A stretch of DNA of 64,000 nucleotides, from positions 312,603 to 376,602 of the forward strand of contig JANRJM010000013.1 of the NCBI GenBank assembly GCA_033763975.1, written 5' to 3'. This document shows, one piece after another, positions 37,702 to 47,882 of this stretch. Position 1 is the stretch's first letter. Each line of letters begins with the position of its first letter. The notes under the pieces were generated by a model that saw only the letters and a program-made list of their open reading frames with translations, was not told where the DNA came from and did no database searches. The stretch is from Planctomycetota bacterium. Its GTDB lineage: Bacteria > Planctomycetota > Phycisphaerae > Phycisphaerales > UBA1924. Both the position numbers and the translations under genes were made by a program.

Positions 37702-38398
37702 CCCGCGCCCGCGTCTGCTCGGCGATCCGCGTCCACCCCTCGCGCTCGTCGGGCACGTCGTCGAACCGCAGCGCGGGGCCAACGATGATCGTGAGGCGTC
37801 GCGGGCGCGGCACGCGCGATCCCGGCGGCATCGCGCTGAACGCCCCGTCGATGTAGCACGGCACCACCGGCACGCCCGTGCCCGCGACGAGCATCCCCAG
37901 CCCGGCCCGGAAGGCCTGCACGCCCCCGTCGCGCGTGCGCGAGCCCTCGGGGAACAGGATGAACCCGCTGCGACCTTCCAGCAGGCGCGTGCGAAGATCG
38001 GCCATCGCGTGCGTCGTCACTTTCTTTCGCCACAGCGGCACCGCGTTGATGAACGTGGCCGAGAGCGCACTCAGGAGGACGCTGTTGAAGAAGGCATCGC
38101 CCGCGGCGATGGGGAACGCGAACGACCGGGCCGTGCGGGGCAGCACGCACGCGAGCGCCAGCGAGTCGAGGTGGCTGGCGTGGTTCGAGATCACCACGAA
38201 GGGCGGGGCGAGCGGGAGGTGCTCGGCCCCGATCACCCGCAGACGGTGGCACACCCCGAAGTACGCGCGCAGCACGCCCAGGCTGGCCCGGTGCCCAAGC
38301 CACGAGAACAGCCCCTGCTCGCGGCGCACGCTCCGCCAGCGCTCCTCGGGCGGGAGCATGAGATCCGACGCGGGCGAGTAGGTCCAGCGCTTCGTCAT
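37643..38398 (-). CDS. Lysophospholipid acyltransferase (PlsC-like)
   Basis: NHASHLD (HxxxxD), FPEGSRTRDG, PVVPCYIDGA. Confidence 0.9.
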   Translation of the reverse strand: MTKRWTYSPASDLMLPPEERWRSVRREQGLFSWLGHRASLGVLRAYFGVCHRLRVIGAEHLPLAPPFVVISNHASHLDSLALACVLPRTARSFAFPIAAGDAFFNSVLLSALSATFINAVPLWRKKVTTHAMADLRTRLLEGRSGFILFPEGSRTRDGGVQAFRAGLGMLVAGTGVPVVPCYIDGAFSAMPPGSRVPRPRRLTIIVGPALRFDDVPDEREGWTRIAEQTRARVMALAGACGADRPEPARPG

Positions 38399-38412
38399 GA
38401 ACGACGATGAGC

Positions 38413-39402
38413 CTAGTGCGACGTGAAGACACGCGCCGCGCGTCCTGCGCCCAGGTCGACGAACGTGTTGATCATGTGGAACGCCGCCGGCGCCACGAGC
38501 AGAAGCGAGTTGCAGCGGTCGGTGAACCCGCCGTGCCCGGGCAGGCTCGTCGCGAGGTCCTTGACGCCCAGGTCCCGCTTGATCGAGCTCAGCACGAGGT
38601 CGCCCAGCTGCGCACCCGCCCCCACCAGCAGCCCCAGCGCCAGCAGCAGCACCGTGCGGTCCAGGGGCGTGTTGGGCCAGATCAGGTGCGCCAGGAAGGC
38701 GAACGTCGGCGCCACCGCCAGCAGCGCGCCCAGATGCCCGCCGAGCGTCTTGCGCGGGCTGGTGTTCGGGAAGACCCGGCGCCGGCCGAACAGCTTCCCG
38801 CAGACGTACGCCAGGATGTCCCCGCCCTGCACGCACAGCACGAGCGCGCACAGGATGGGCCGGAAGTCCGCGTCGTTCGCCAGGAAGGCCAGGTGCGCCA
38901 GCCCCGCCCCGAAGAGCAGATACGCCATGCACGCCAGCGAGACCCGCTGCAGGTACCCCTCGGGCCGGTCCTCCAGCACGCCCAGCCCCGCGATCAGCAC
39001 CACCGTGAGGGGCGGCACCGCCACGAACAGCCCGTACCAGTTGTCCGCGCACGCGAAGACCGTCGCGACGATCGCGCACGCCACCGCGCCCGAGAGCAGC
39101 CGGTCGCGGAACAGCCCCGTCGCCCGCGCGAACTCGCGGAAGCACAGCAGCGAGAGCACCAGCACCAGGCCCATCGCCGTCGCCGCGCACGCCAGGATCG
39201 GCACGAGCGCGCCCGGCGCGATCACCAGCCACGTGCGGTACCGCGTCCAGACGTCCGCGCGCGTGCGGGGCGACATCTTGCCCATCCCGCGGAATGTCAC
39301 GATCGCGAGGGGGGTAAACAGCAGCGCCCCCGCCACCACGCCCAGACACCAGCGCGTCACCACGTGGTCGAATGCCCCGCGCGCCGAGAACAGGTGCTCC
39401 AC
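38413..39402 (-). CDS. Phosphatidate cytidylyltransferase (CdsA/YnbB-like)
   Basis: DILAYVCGKLFG, SPRKTLGG, GDLVLSSIKRDLGVKD..LPGHGGFTDRCNS; start uncertain (GTG 39402). Confidence 0.88.
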   Translation of the reverse strand: MEHLFSARGAFDHVVTRWCLGVVAGALLFTPLAIVTFRGMGKMSPRTRADVWTRYRTWLVIAPGALVPILACAATAMGLVLVLSLLCFREFARATGLFRDRLLSGAVACAIVATVFACADNWYGLFVAVPPLTVVLIAGLGVLEDRPEGYLQRVSLACMAYLLFGAGLAHLAFLANDADFRPILCALVLCVQGGDILAYVCGKLFGRRRVFPNTSPRKTLGGHLGALLAVAPTFAFLAHLIWPNTPLDRTVLLLALGLLVGAGAQLGDLVLSSIKRDLGVKDLATSLPGHGGFTDRCNSLLLVAPAAFHMINTFVDLGAGRAARVFTSH

Positions 39403-39536
39403 GCGTCGTCCGCTCCTCTGGCCCCACGCCCCCGGGGCACGCCCGCCCAGCGGCGCGCCGCAGCTCGGGCGCGCCGCCCGACGCACACTGTACCGGCGAA
39501 GAACGCCCGCGCCGGGCGATCAGTTTGGATCGCGCG

Positions 39537-42509
39537 TCAGCGAGGCGTCGCGCCGGGCTTGTCCTTCAGCAGTTGCATCAGCAGGTCGATCTTCGCCTCC
39601 AGCGCGCGCACACGATCCTCCAGCGCCTGGATGCGCCCCGCGTCCGCCGCCGGCGCCGACGCCGCCGCGGCCCGGGCCTGCTCCTCCTTCGCGCGCGCCT
39701 CCCATTCGGCCCGCTGCGCGAGTTCCCGGCGCTGCTGCTCCTCCTGGTCCTTGGCGAGCTGCGCGAGCACCGGCTCGACCGGCACGTCGATGAACACCTG
39801 GTACGCGATCCCCGCCGTCTGCGACGAACGGTCCTTCGCCGCGAGCGACACCTGCACGACGACGGGTATCCCCGCCGGCGACTTGCCCGACACCGCCGTG
39901 AACAACGCCGCGTTCTGCCCGGCGAGTTCGTCGATCCGCCGGCGACGTTCATCGACCATCCGCCCGGACCCCTCGGGCATCGGGACCATGCCCCCCGCGT
40001 AGCCGATCTGCGACTTCACCTGCTGCGATGCCTGGTCGAACGCGGCACGGTTGTCCACGCGGATCGTCCCGCTCGCCGAGTCCAGCGTCATCCAGGAATA
40101 GCCCCCGAGCAGCTCGAACTCCACCGGCGCCGTCCCGCCGCGCGTCTCATGCCGCAGGAGTGTCTCGCCGTCCTTGCCGAGCACGAACGCGCTCTGCGTG
40201 GGCACGATCTCCAGCGGCGGGGCCGCGTGGGTGCACTGCGCATCTGTCACGGTCACGTCGTACAGCCGCGACCGATCGATGGCGACAACCCGGTCGCCCG
40301 CCGCCGCGATCACGGACCCGCCGTACGAAGGCGACTCGTACCCGCTCAAGGGGCCCAGGTCCTCCTTCGACAGCACGATCGGCGACTGGCCCGCGGCGCC
40401 GGTGAGCAGTTCACGCAGCACGATCTGGACCGTGCGGTCCTTGGTGCGGCCTGATCCGTCGGCCCGGTCCAGCACGAGCGATGCCACGACCGGTCGGGTG
40501 GTTAGCAACACCGACCCCTGCGCCTGGAAGTTGCCGCCCACGCTCGACGCGCCGTTGGGCAGCGAGATCTGCGTGCCCGAGACGCGCCGGCCCCACGCCG
40601 CCGGCACGTACTCCGCGCCCAGGCCGCCGCGCTGTCCTTCGCCGCTCAGCACCACCCCGCCGCGACCAAGGCTCGTCAGCAGGCGTGGCGTCTTCATCGA
40701 CTCGTCGTACACCACCCCCTCGTACAGCCAGCCGCCCGGCAGCCGCACGAGTTGTTCGCCCAACCGGCCGAACCGTCGCATGTGATCGGCTTCCCGCCTC
40801 ACGCCGGGCGGGAGTTCGCCGGCCTTGGCCTCGACGAACCCCGGCGTCGCGAGCACCGTGCTCTGCCCGTTGCCCTCGACGAACACCAGTCGCCCGTCCA
40901 CCGGCGTGATCGTCCGCGCGTCGTGCTTGAGAAACACGCGGTGCTTTTCCCCAAGGTTCGCGAGGTCGAGCGCCGCGACCACGTTCCCCTCGTTGAACGC
41001 CACGTACACGTACGTCCCGTCCACGCTCGCCGCCGTGATCCCCTGCACGAACGACGTCTCCGCCAGCACCTTCCGGGCGACAAGGTCCACCACGCACAGG
41101 CGCGACGAAGGCCCGTCCCGCCGCCCGTGGTCCTGCTCGAACCGCCACGCCACCGCCCGCCTGCCGTCGGGGCTGATTGCCACGGCCTTGGCCACGAACG
41201 GCAGGTCCACGCCGTCACGCACCACGCGGGCTTCGAACTGCTGTGTCCGGACACCCGCGCCCGCGCGCAGCGTCAGCGTGACCGCATGGTCTCCCACCTG
41301 GTCCAGCCCGGGCGTCCAGCGGATCTGCGACCCCGACAGCGTCATGCCCTCCGGCGCGCCCGTGAGTTCCACCTTCACCGACGCGTCCGCGCGCGTCAGC
41401 GCGATCGTCGCCGCCTTCCCCGCCACCAGCGATCCCGTCGGGCCCACCGCTACGCCCAGCACGGGCTCCTTCTTCGCCGCGTTCATCGCCGCCAGCGGCA
41501 CGACCCTCGCGTTCGCCCCCTGCACCAGAATCACCCGATCGTTCGACGCGTCCGCGAACCCCAGCACACGCGCCTGCCCCGACGAGCCACGCCGACGCCC
41601 CCCTTCAACGCTTCCCCACCCGCACGCCGCGGGGAGCGCGGCCTGCCCGAGCGTCTCCATCGTGTTCGCCGAAACCGCCGTCGCCACCGCGTCCTGCACG
41701 CAGATAACCAGCGGCCGATCGCGGAAGGCCGCCGCCGCACGCCCCGGCAGCACGCCCGCCGGCGCCTGCAACTGCCCGTCGTACAGGGTCGTTCCCGCGC
41801 CGACGAACTGCCCCCAGCCGTCCACCACCGGCACGCCCTCCGGCTCGCGCTCCCGCCGCTCCGGTCGCTGCGTGCTCAGCCGCCACGCGTGCTCGCCCTC
41901 GCCGGGCGCCAGGCGCAGCGCCGTCGGGTTCGGCGTTGTGTCAGAGGCACGCCACGCGAACACCCACGCGCCGTCGGCGGACGCTTCGATCGCCGAATCA
42001 CCCAGGTAGTTGTCCGCCTGCACCAGCGACTCGACGCGGAGCGTGCGCCCGTTCACCCGCGCCAGGCTCGCGCTGCCGTCCGTAAGCCGCGCGCTCGCAT
42101 AGAAGGTCCCGTCGGCCGTGGGCGTTGACAGATCCGTCACGCCCTGCTCGCCCGGCAGCGCCAGGGCCGGCGCCTTCTCCTTCAGCGTCTGCGCGTCCAG
42201 CACCACCATGGAGCTGCGCTCGCCGAGCCCCACGACGAACACGTCGCCCTCCGGACGCGCGACGAACGTCACGCACCGGGGCTTGCCGTCCAGACGCACC
42301 GGCCCCACCGCCGTCGCGCCCGCCGCCGAATCGAGGAACGCCTTGGGGAACAGCGTGATCGACGCGCCGTCCACCACCGCCAGCGCCCCCCGCGACGTGT
42401 CCAGCGCCGCGTCCGTCGGCGTCACCGGCAGCGGCACGCACCGCACATCCGACTGCGCCAGCGCCACCCCCGCCCCAACCACCACGCCCATCGCCACCAG
42501 CATGCGCAT
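39537..42509 (-). CDS. Large exported protein: two beta-propeller-like regions, Ig-like domains and a C-terminal coiled coil
   Basis: Signal peptide MRMLVAMGVVVGAGVALA; GAPEGMTLSGSQIRWTP (He_PIG-like); AVAISPDGRRA; IQALEDRVRALEAKIDLL. Confidence 0.78.
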   Translation of the reverse strand: MRMLVAMGVVVGAGVALAQSDVRCVPLPVTPTDAALDTSRGALAVVDGASITLFPKAFLDSAAGATAVGPVRLDGKPRCVTFVARPEGDVFVVGLGERSSMVVLDAQTLKEKAPALALPGEQGVTDLSTPTADGTFYASARLTDGSASLARVNGRTLRVESLVQADNYLGDSAIEASADGAWVFAWRASDTTPNPTALRLAPGEGEHAWRLSTQRPERREREPEGVPVVDGWGQFVGAGTTLYDGQLQAPAGVLPGRAAAAFRDRPLVICVQDAVATAVSANTMETLGQAALPAACGWGSVEGGRRRGSSGQARVLGFADASNDRVILVQGANARVVPLAAMNAAKKEPVLGVAVGPTGSLVAGKAATIALTRADASVKVELTGAPEGMTLSGSQIRWTPGLDQVGDHAVTLTLRAGAGVRTQQFEARVVRDGVDLPFVAKAVAISPDGRRAVAWRFEQDHGRRDGPSSRLCVVDLVARKVLAETSFVQGITAASVDGTYVYVAFNEGNVVAALDLANLGEKHRVFLKHDARTITPVDGRLVFVEGNGQSTVLATPGFVEAKAGELPPGVRREADHMRRFGRLGEQLVRLPGGWLYEGVVYDESMKTPRLLTSLGRGGVVLSGEGQRGGLGAEYVPAAWGRRVSGTQISLPNGASSVGGNFQAQGSVLLTTRPVVASLVLDRADGSGRTKDRTVQIVLRELLTGAAGQSPIVLSKEDLGPLSGYESPSYGGSVIAAAGDRVVAIDRSRLYDVTVTDAQCTHAAPPLEIVPTQSAFVLGKDGETLLRHETRGGTAPVEFELLGGYSWMTLDSASGTIRVDNRAAFDQASQQVKSQIGYAGGMVPMPEGSGRMVDERRRRIDELAGQNAALFTAVSGKSPAGIPVVVQVSLAAKDRSSQTAGIAYQVFIDVPVEPVLAQLAKDQEEQQRRELAQRAEWEARAKEEQARAAAASAPAADAGRIQALEDRVRALEAKIDLLMQLLKDKPGATPR

Positions 42510-42608
42510 GCCTACGGCCCCCCTTCGCGATGTCCGCCCGTTCGCCCCGCTCACGCTACCTCCCGCCCGGTCGGTGCGTCAACACCACGCCGTGCGGTCG
42601 AACCTCGC

Positions 42609-43964
42609 CTACCGCGGCGTCGTCACGCTCGTCGCCGCACCCGGCGACACCGGCGCCGCGGACAGCACGCGCTGCACATGGTCGAGCGCGAGGTCGACCT
42701 CCCCCGGGCTCGTGTAGTGCAGCGGGCTGATGCGGACCACGCCGTCGTCGGGGTCGATGCCCAGCTCGATCGCCAGGCGGCGCGAGTAGAAGCTGCCGAA
42801 GCGGATGCCGATCCCGCGCAGGTTCGCCGAGCGCGCCACCGACGCCGACGTCGCGCCCGCCGCGGTGAAGCTCACCGTGCTCACCCGCCGGGCGTCGGCG
42901 ACGGGCGACCCCACAAGGCGCACGCGGGGCACCGTCGAGAGCCCGTCGAGCAGGCGGCGGGTGAGGTCGTGCTCGAGGCGACCCAGGTACGCGAACGCCC
43001 GCTCGAAGACCTCGCGCTCGATCGCCTGCGAGGGGTCCCGGCGCGCGATGTAGCACGCGTACTCCCACAGCCCCAGGATCATCGCGCACGCCTCGTGCGC
43101 CACCCCGCCCACCTCGTAGACGCGGGGCACGTCGTGGCGCGGGATGAACTCGTGGTTGGGCCCGTCGAGCTCCGCCAGCGCCTCGTGCGAGCCGTACAGC
43201 ACGCCCGCGTGCGGGCCCATGACCTTGTACGACGAGTAGACGTACCAATCGCAGCGGTATGCCCGCACGTCCGGGGCGGCGTGCGGCGCGAACGCCACGC
43301 CATCCACCACGCTGCGCGCGCCGTGCCGGCGCACCACCTCGCACACCTCGGCCACGTCCCACACCTGCCCGAGGATGTTCGACACCTGCGGGAACGCGAC
43401 GACCCGCGTCCGCGCCGAAATCAGCCGCTCCAGCGTCCCCACGCGCGGGCGCCACAGCCCCTCATCATCGATCTCCGTCGGCCAGAGCGTCACCTTCCAG
43501 CCGCGCTCCGCCAGGCGCAGCCACGGGCCGATGTTCGCCTCGTGCCCCGCGGTCGCGACGATCACCTCGTCGCGCACCGGGCGCGACGCCCCGCTCCCCG
43601 CCGCCGCCTGGCGCGCCCGGTCCGCGGCGGACGCGTAGCACGACGCAAGCAGGTGGCACAACGCCGTGCTCGAATGCCCGATGATCACGCTCCCGCTGGT
43701 CTCCTCCGCGGGCGCAAACTCCCGGGGCGAGGCGTGCACGAAGACCTTCGCGACCTCGTGCGCCCGGCGCAGGTTCTGCGACGCCGCCAGCGACGGGGCG
43801 TAGTCGCCCCCGAGCTGCGCGTACGTCTCGCGCAGGCAGCGCGCCGCCTGCGCGATCACGCAGCGGGGCAGCTGCGACCCGCCCGCGTTGTCCAGGTACA
43901 CCGTCCCGGCGTCGAGCGCGGGGAACTGCGAGCGGATCTCGTCGAGCGTGGGCGGGGTCGGCAT
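42609..43964 (-). CDS. Aminotransferase class V (cysteine desulfurase-like, lacking the catalytic Cys motif)
   Basis: YLDNAGGSQ, HEANIGPW, VDGVAFAPH, SSYKVMGPH; RFGSFY where desulfurases carry G-x-x-C. Confidence 0.88.
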   Translation of the reverse strand: MPTPPTLDEIRSQFPALDAGTVYLDNAGGSQLPRCVIAQAARCLRETYAQLGGDYAPSLAASQNLRRAHEVAKVFVHASPREFAPAEETSGSVIIGHSSTALCHLLASCYASAADRARQAAAGSGASRPVRDEVIVATAGHEANIGPWLRLAERGWKVTLWPTEIDDEGLWRPRVGTLERLISARTRVVAFPQVSNILGQVWDVAEVCEVVRRHGARSVVDGVAFAPHAAPDVRAYRCDWYVYSSYKVMGPHAGVLYGSHEALAELDGPNHEFIPRHDVPRVYEVGGVAHEACAMILGLWEYACYIARRDPSQAIEREVFERAFAYLGRLEHDLTRRLLDGLSTVPRVRLVGSPVADARRVSTVSFTAAGATSASVARSANLRGIGIRFGSFYSRRLAIELGIDPDDGVVRISPLHYTSPGEVDLALDHVQRVLSAAPVSPGAATSVTTPR

Positions 43965-44026
43965 CGCGCCATCCTCTCACATGCCCCGCCCCGCCGCAAT
44001 GCCTCTCGATACCACCGCGGCCGGGC

Positions 44027-45031
44027 CTACGCCACGCCCAGCGACGACAGCACCGTCGCCGGGTTGAGCTTCGACGCCTGCTCGCGGATCTGCGGCAGGT
44101 GCGACGCGTACGCCTGCTTGGCCGTCGTCAACTCGCGCCCGAACAGCCCCCGCAGGTCGATCGCCCCGAAGGTCCGCCCGCCCGCGTAGTACTGGGCCGC
44201 CACACGCCCGAGCGCGTACGTCGTCGCGAAGCTCATCCCCACGCCCAAAGCCCCCGGCGCGAGCGAGCCGACCCACCCGCCCACCGACCCGCCCAGCATG
44301 CTCTTCGCCGCACGCTCGAGAAATCCGCCGACGATCTTGCGCGCGTACCCCTCGACGATCTGCGACGTCGCGCCCACGCCCACCGTCGCCAGGAAGTCCG
44401 TGATGTGCCCGCGATCCAGCGAGTAGCCGTACTTCGACCCGATCGAGTACACCATCTTCATCTGGATGGGGATGATCGCGGCGCTCGCCAGGCCCTGCGG
44501 CAGCAGTTCCAGCGCGCCGCACAGTACCGCGTGCGTCATGATCGTCGAATCCACCTCGCGCCGCACCGGGTCGGCCCCCGGCGCGGACGCCGCCGGCACG
44601 GGCGTCACCGGCACGGGCAAGGCCGCGGGCGTCCGCACATCAGCGCTCGCGGCGTTCTCCGCGGCACGCCGGATCGCCCCCGCGTCCGCCGCGGGAATCT
44701 CCAGCGCCCGCGCCAACTCGTCCAGGAACGTCCCCTCGTCGCGCGAGGTCGTGTCGTCGGCGTCGCAGACCGCGACCGCCATCTCGTACGCCGCCCGGCG
44801 CACCGCCGGGGTCCGCAGCGCCGACGCCTCGCGCGCCGCGGTCGTCCGCTTCGTCAGCGCCCGCTCGTACACGCCCGCCAGGTCGAGCTCCGACGGCGCC
44901 AGCCCGTCGAGCGTCGCCTTCACGCGCTCGCGTTCGGCGTCGGATTTGCTCCCGTCCGCCATCGCCGCCAGCAGCGCGATCGCCAGCACCGCCTCGCGCT
45001 CGCCCGTCGTCATCACCATGTCGTCGCTCAT
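44027..45031 (-). CDS. TerB-like + DUF697-like protein
   Basis: LLAAMADGSKSDAERERV, MAVAVCDADD..E..FLDELARAL; then IIPIQMKMVYSIGSKYG, FATTYALG; GGAGGAG SD. Confidence 0.75.
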   Translation of the reverse strand: MSDDMVMTTGEREAVLAIALLAAMADGSKSDAERERVKATLDGLAPSELDLAGVYERALTKRTTAAREASALRTPAVRRAAYEMAVAVCDADDTTSRDEGTFLDELARALEIPAADAGAIRRAAENAASADVRTPAALPVPVTPVPAASAPGADPVRREVDSTIMTHAVLCGALELLPQGLASAAIIPIQMKMVYSIGSKYGYSLDRGHITDFLATVGVGATSQIVEGYARKIVGGFLERAAKSMLGGSVGGWVGSLAPGALGVGMSFATTYALGRVAAQYYAGGRTFGAIDLRGLFGRELTTAKQAYASHLPQIREQASKLNPATVLSSLGVA

Positions 45032-45103
45032 CGTCGAACTCCTCCGTCGGCGTCACCCGCCGCCCGAACCCCTCGTTGGAGGTTTCCCGCCGCCGGTTGC
45101 AGC

Positions 45104-46336
45104 CTACACGCCTTCGAGCGCCCGCATCACCGCCGCGGCGGCCGCGTCCTCGCCCCGCGCAGGCCGCTCCACCTCGATGTCGGGCTTCACCCCCACGCCC
45201 TCCGGGCGCTCCCCGCCCCGCGTGATGTAGTCCGACACCGGGACCTGCACGACGAACCCGTGCGGCAGGGGCAGGTACCGCGACACGAGCAGCGCCCCCG
45301 CGCTCGTCCGCCCCACGAGCACCGCCCCGCGCAGGTCGCGTAAGGCCGCGCTCGTCACCTCCGACGCGCTCGCCGACCCGCCATCGATCAGCACGCCCAA
45401 TCGCCCCGGGTACGGCGCGCTTTCGTTCGGCGGCACGCGCAGGTGGTCCGTCGACCACGCCGCCACCGCCCGCGCGTCCGACGGGTCTCCCCCCGTCGCC
45501 TCGACGAACCGCGCCGCCAGTTCGTTCGTCACGGGTGTCCCGAACGCCTCGCCCTCGGGCGCCAGCAGCGACATCAGGTGCAGCAGGTTCGAGACCTTCC
45601 CCCCGCCGTTGCCCCGCAGATCGATCACCAGCCCCGGCTTCCAGAACGCGCGCGCCACCAGTTCCTCGATCTCGAACGGGTCGTAGCCCTGGTTGAACGT
45701 CGGGATCCGGATGAGCGCCGTCCGCTCGCTCAACTCGCGGTACTCCGCGGGCTGGCGCCGCTCGGTCAGCACGCGCTCCACGCGGATCTCGCGCGTCTCG
45801 CCGCTCAGTTTGCGCACGCGCAGCACCGCGACCGAGCCGCTGTCGCCCTCGAGCGCCTCGGGCGTGGTCGCGCGCTCGCCGTCCACATGCGTAATGACAT
45901 CGCCCGGCTGCAGGCCCCGCTCACCCGCCGCGGACTCTGGGCTCAGCCCCAGCACGCGCAGCCCGCCCTGCGCAGGCCGCACCTCGGCCCCGATCCCGAT
46001 GCGGATGGTCCGTCGCATCGTCGACGCGGCCTCGGGCGGGATGAGCGCCACGTGGCTGATGCCGAACCGGCCCAGCGCCCGCCCCACCTGGATGGCGAAC
46101 GCCGTCGCGTTGGGCGCCCGGTCGATCGCATCGCGGCTTGCCTCCAGATACTCGGGCCACCGCCGAAAGTCCACGCCCCCCACGTACGCCTGGCGCGCGA
46201 GGTGCTCGGTCAGGGCGTGCAGCACCTCGTTCTTCGCCGCGGCGTCGATCTCCTGCGCCCGCGCGGCCGTCGACGCCACCGCGCACGCCACCAGCGCGCA
46301 CACCCACGCCGCCGCCCGCCACCACGCCCCGCGCAT
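45104..46336 (-). CDS. S41 family C-terminal processing peptidase with PDZ domain
   Basis: Signal peptide; GLQPGDVITHVDG, VIDLRGNGGG, GGSASASEV, VGRTSAG, EGVGVKPDI. Confidence 0.9.
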   Translation of the reverse strand: MRGAWWRAAAWVCALVACAVASTAARAQEIDAAAKNEVLHALTEHLARQAYVGGVDFRRWPEYLEASRDAIDRAPNATAFAIQVGRALGRFGISHVALIPPEAASTMRRTIRIGIGAEVRPAQGGLRVLGLSPESAAGERGLQPGDVITHVDGERATTPEALEGDSGSVAVLRVRKLSGETREIRVERVLTERRQPAEYRELSERTALIRIPTFNQGYDPFEIEELVARAFWKPGLVIDLRGNGGGKVSNLLHLMSLLAPEGEAFGTPVTNELAARFVEATGGDPSDARAVAAWSTDHLRVPPNESAPYPGRLGVLIDGGSASASEVTSAALRDLRGAVLVGRTSAGALLVSRYLPLPHGFVVQVPVSDYITRGGERPEGVGVKPDIEVERPARGEDAAAAAVMRALEGV

Positions 46337-46338
46337 CG

Positions 46339-47187
46339 TCAGACCCCCGCCCACGACGCCTCGTCCTTCTCGATGATGCCCCGCGCGTACGCCTCGCGCA
46401 GGAACCTCGCCAGCCCCGCGCGCGCCCGCTCGTCGAGGTCGTACCGCAGCAGGTCGCCCAGGTACCGCGCCGCCAGAGCCTCATCCCAGCGCGCCAGGGG
46501 CGCGCGTCGCGCGACGATCCACCCCAGTCGCGCCAGGTTCCGCCGTCGCTGACGATCCAGCAGCGCCGCCGCCATCCGGATCCGCTCGTCGTTCGCCTCC
46601 GCCGCGCGGCACATCCACGCCGCGTACACAAACCCCAGCCCCGTCCACGCCTTCCACGCCTCGCCCAGATCCAACTGGTGCGGGTACCGCGCGGCCGGGG
46701 GCGGGTCGGTCGCCACCTTGTCGCCGATCAGCAGCACCGTCGCGGGCCAACTGTCATCCAGCGTTTCCGCGACCTGGGCCGCGCCGCCGCCGCGCTGCAC
46801 CCGCTCGCGCGCGTCGAACGCCGCCACGTCCACCCGGCGCCCGTACAGCGCGTCGAGCAGCACCCGCGCCAGCACCACCGACGTGTGGCTGTCGGTGTCG
46901 GCGTGCAGCGTCCGCACCTCGCCCCACGGCACGCTCGAGAACACCCGCACCGTCAGCGTCGGCCCGTCGCACCCGATCATCCCGCTCGCCAGCAGGCGCA
47001 GCGGCACGTCCGATCGCACCGCATCTACCACCGACGCCAGCCCGATGTCCGCCTCGCCGGACGCCAGCAGGTCGACGATCCCCGACGGCACCGCCGGGAC
47101 GAGCTCCAGCCCGTCCACGCCGTCAAGCCCCTCGACCAGCGGGGCGGTGTTCAAGTACCGGACGCACGCGACGCGGACTGGACCCAT
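46339..47187 (-). CDS. mqnA: Chorismate dehydratase (futalosine menaquinone pathway)
   Basis: CVRYLNTAPL, IGCDGPTLTVRVFS, DSHTSVVLARVLL, LLIGDK, DLGEAWKAWTGLGFVYAAW. Confidence 0.88.
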   Translation of the reverse strand: MGPVRVACVRYLNTAPLVEGLDGVDGLELVPAVPSGIVDLLASGEADIGLASVVDAVRSDVPLRLLASGMIGCDGPTLTVRVFSSVPWGEVRTLHADTDSHTSVVLARVLLDALYGRRVDVAAFDARERVQRGGGAAQVAETLDDSWPATVLLIGDKVATDPPPAARYPHQLDLGEAWKAWTGLGFVYAAWMCRAAEANDERIRMAAALLDRQRRRNLARLGWIVARRAPLARWDEALAARYLGDLLRYDLDERARAGLARFLREAYARGIIEKDEASWAGV

Positions 47188-47192
47188 GCCGC

Positions 47193-47244
47193 AGGGTATG
47201 AGCACCGCTGTCGCCTCCCCAGTGCCCAGTGCCTCTGCTACGCT
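47193..47244. promoter_or_regulatory. Divergent leaderless-type -10 boxes (mqnA / acetyltransferase)
   Basis: TACCCT (-) 47198-47193, 5 nt before the mqnA ATG; TACGCT (+) 47239-47244, 7 nt before ATG 47252. Confidence 0.6.
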
Positions 47245-47251
47245 CGCGCCC

Positions 47252-47875
47252 ATGGACGACCGCGAACTCGTGCTCATCGGCGGCGGCGGGCACGCCCTGG
47301 TCGTCGCCGAGTCCATCGGCGACGCCGCCACCATCCTGGGTTTCTTCGACGACGACCCCCACGCCCGCCTCGCGCGCCTGGGGTTCGAGCACCTCGGGCC
47401 CTTCGCCCGCCTCACGACCGACTTTGACGCCCACGCGATGCTCGGCCTGGGCGACATCGCGCTGCGCCGGGCGCTGCTCACGCGCCTGCCGGCCATGCGC
47501 AGCGTCGGCATCACGCACCGCACCGCGTACGTCTCGCCCACCGCGTCCCTCGGGCGGGGCGTCTTCATCGCGCCCCACGCCGTCGTCCACACGCTCGCCT
47601 CGGTCCTCGACCACGCGATCATCAACACCGGCGCGATCATCGAGCACGAGTGCGTCATCGGCGAGAACGTGCACGTCGCGCCCGGGGCCGTCCTCGCGGG
47701 GAACGTCCGCGTCGGGCACGACACGCTCGTGGGCGTGGGGGCGCGCGTCAACCCGAACATCCGCATCGGCGTGGGGTGCAAGATCGGCGCCGGGGCCGTC
47801 GTCGTGCGCGACGTGCCCGACGGCGTGATCGCCGTGGGCGTGCCCGCCCGCCCCGTCACGCCCCCCGCCCGGTGA
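47252..47875 (+). CDS. NeuD/PglD/PerB-like sugar acetyltransferase (hexapeptide repeat)
   Basis: LIGGGGHA, FFDDD, IINTGAIIEHEC, HVAPGA.LAG.V, GAGAVVVRDVP..GVPAR. Confidence 0.9.
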   Translation: MDDRELVLIGGGGHALVVAESIGDAATILGFFDDDPHARLARLGFEHLGPFARLTTDFDAHAMLGLGDIALRRALLTRLPAMRSVGITHRTAYVSPTASLGRGVFIAPHAVVHTLASVLDHAIINTGAIIEHECVIGENVHVAPGAVLAGNVRVGHDTLVGVGARVNPNIRIGVGCKIGAGAVVVRDVPDGVIAVGVPARPVTPPAR

Positions 47876-47882
47876 TCCGCCC

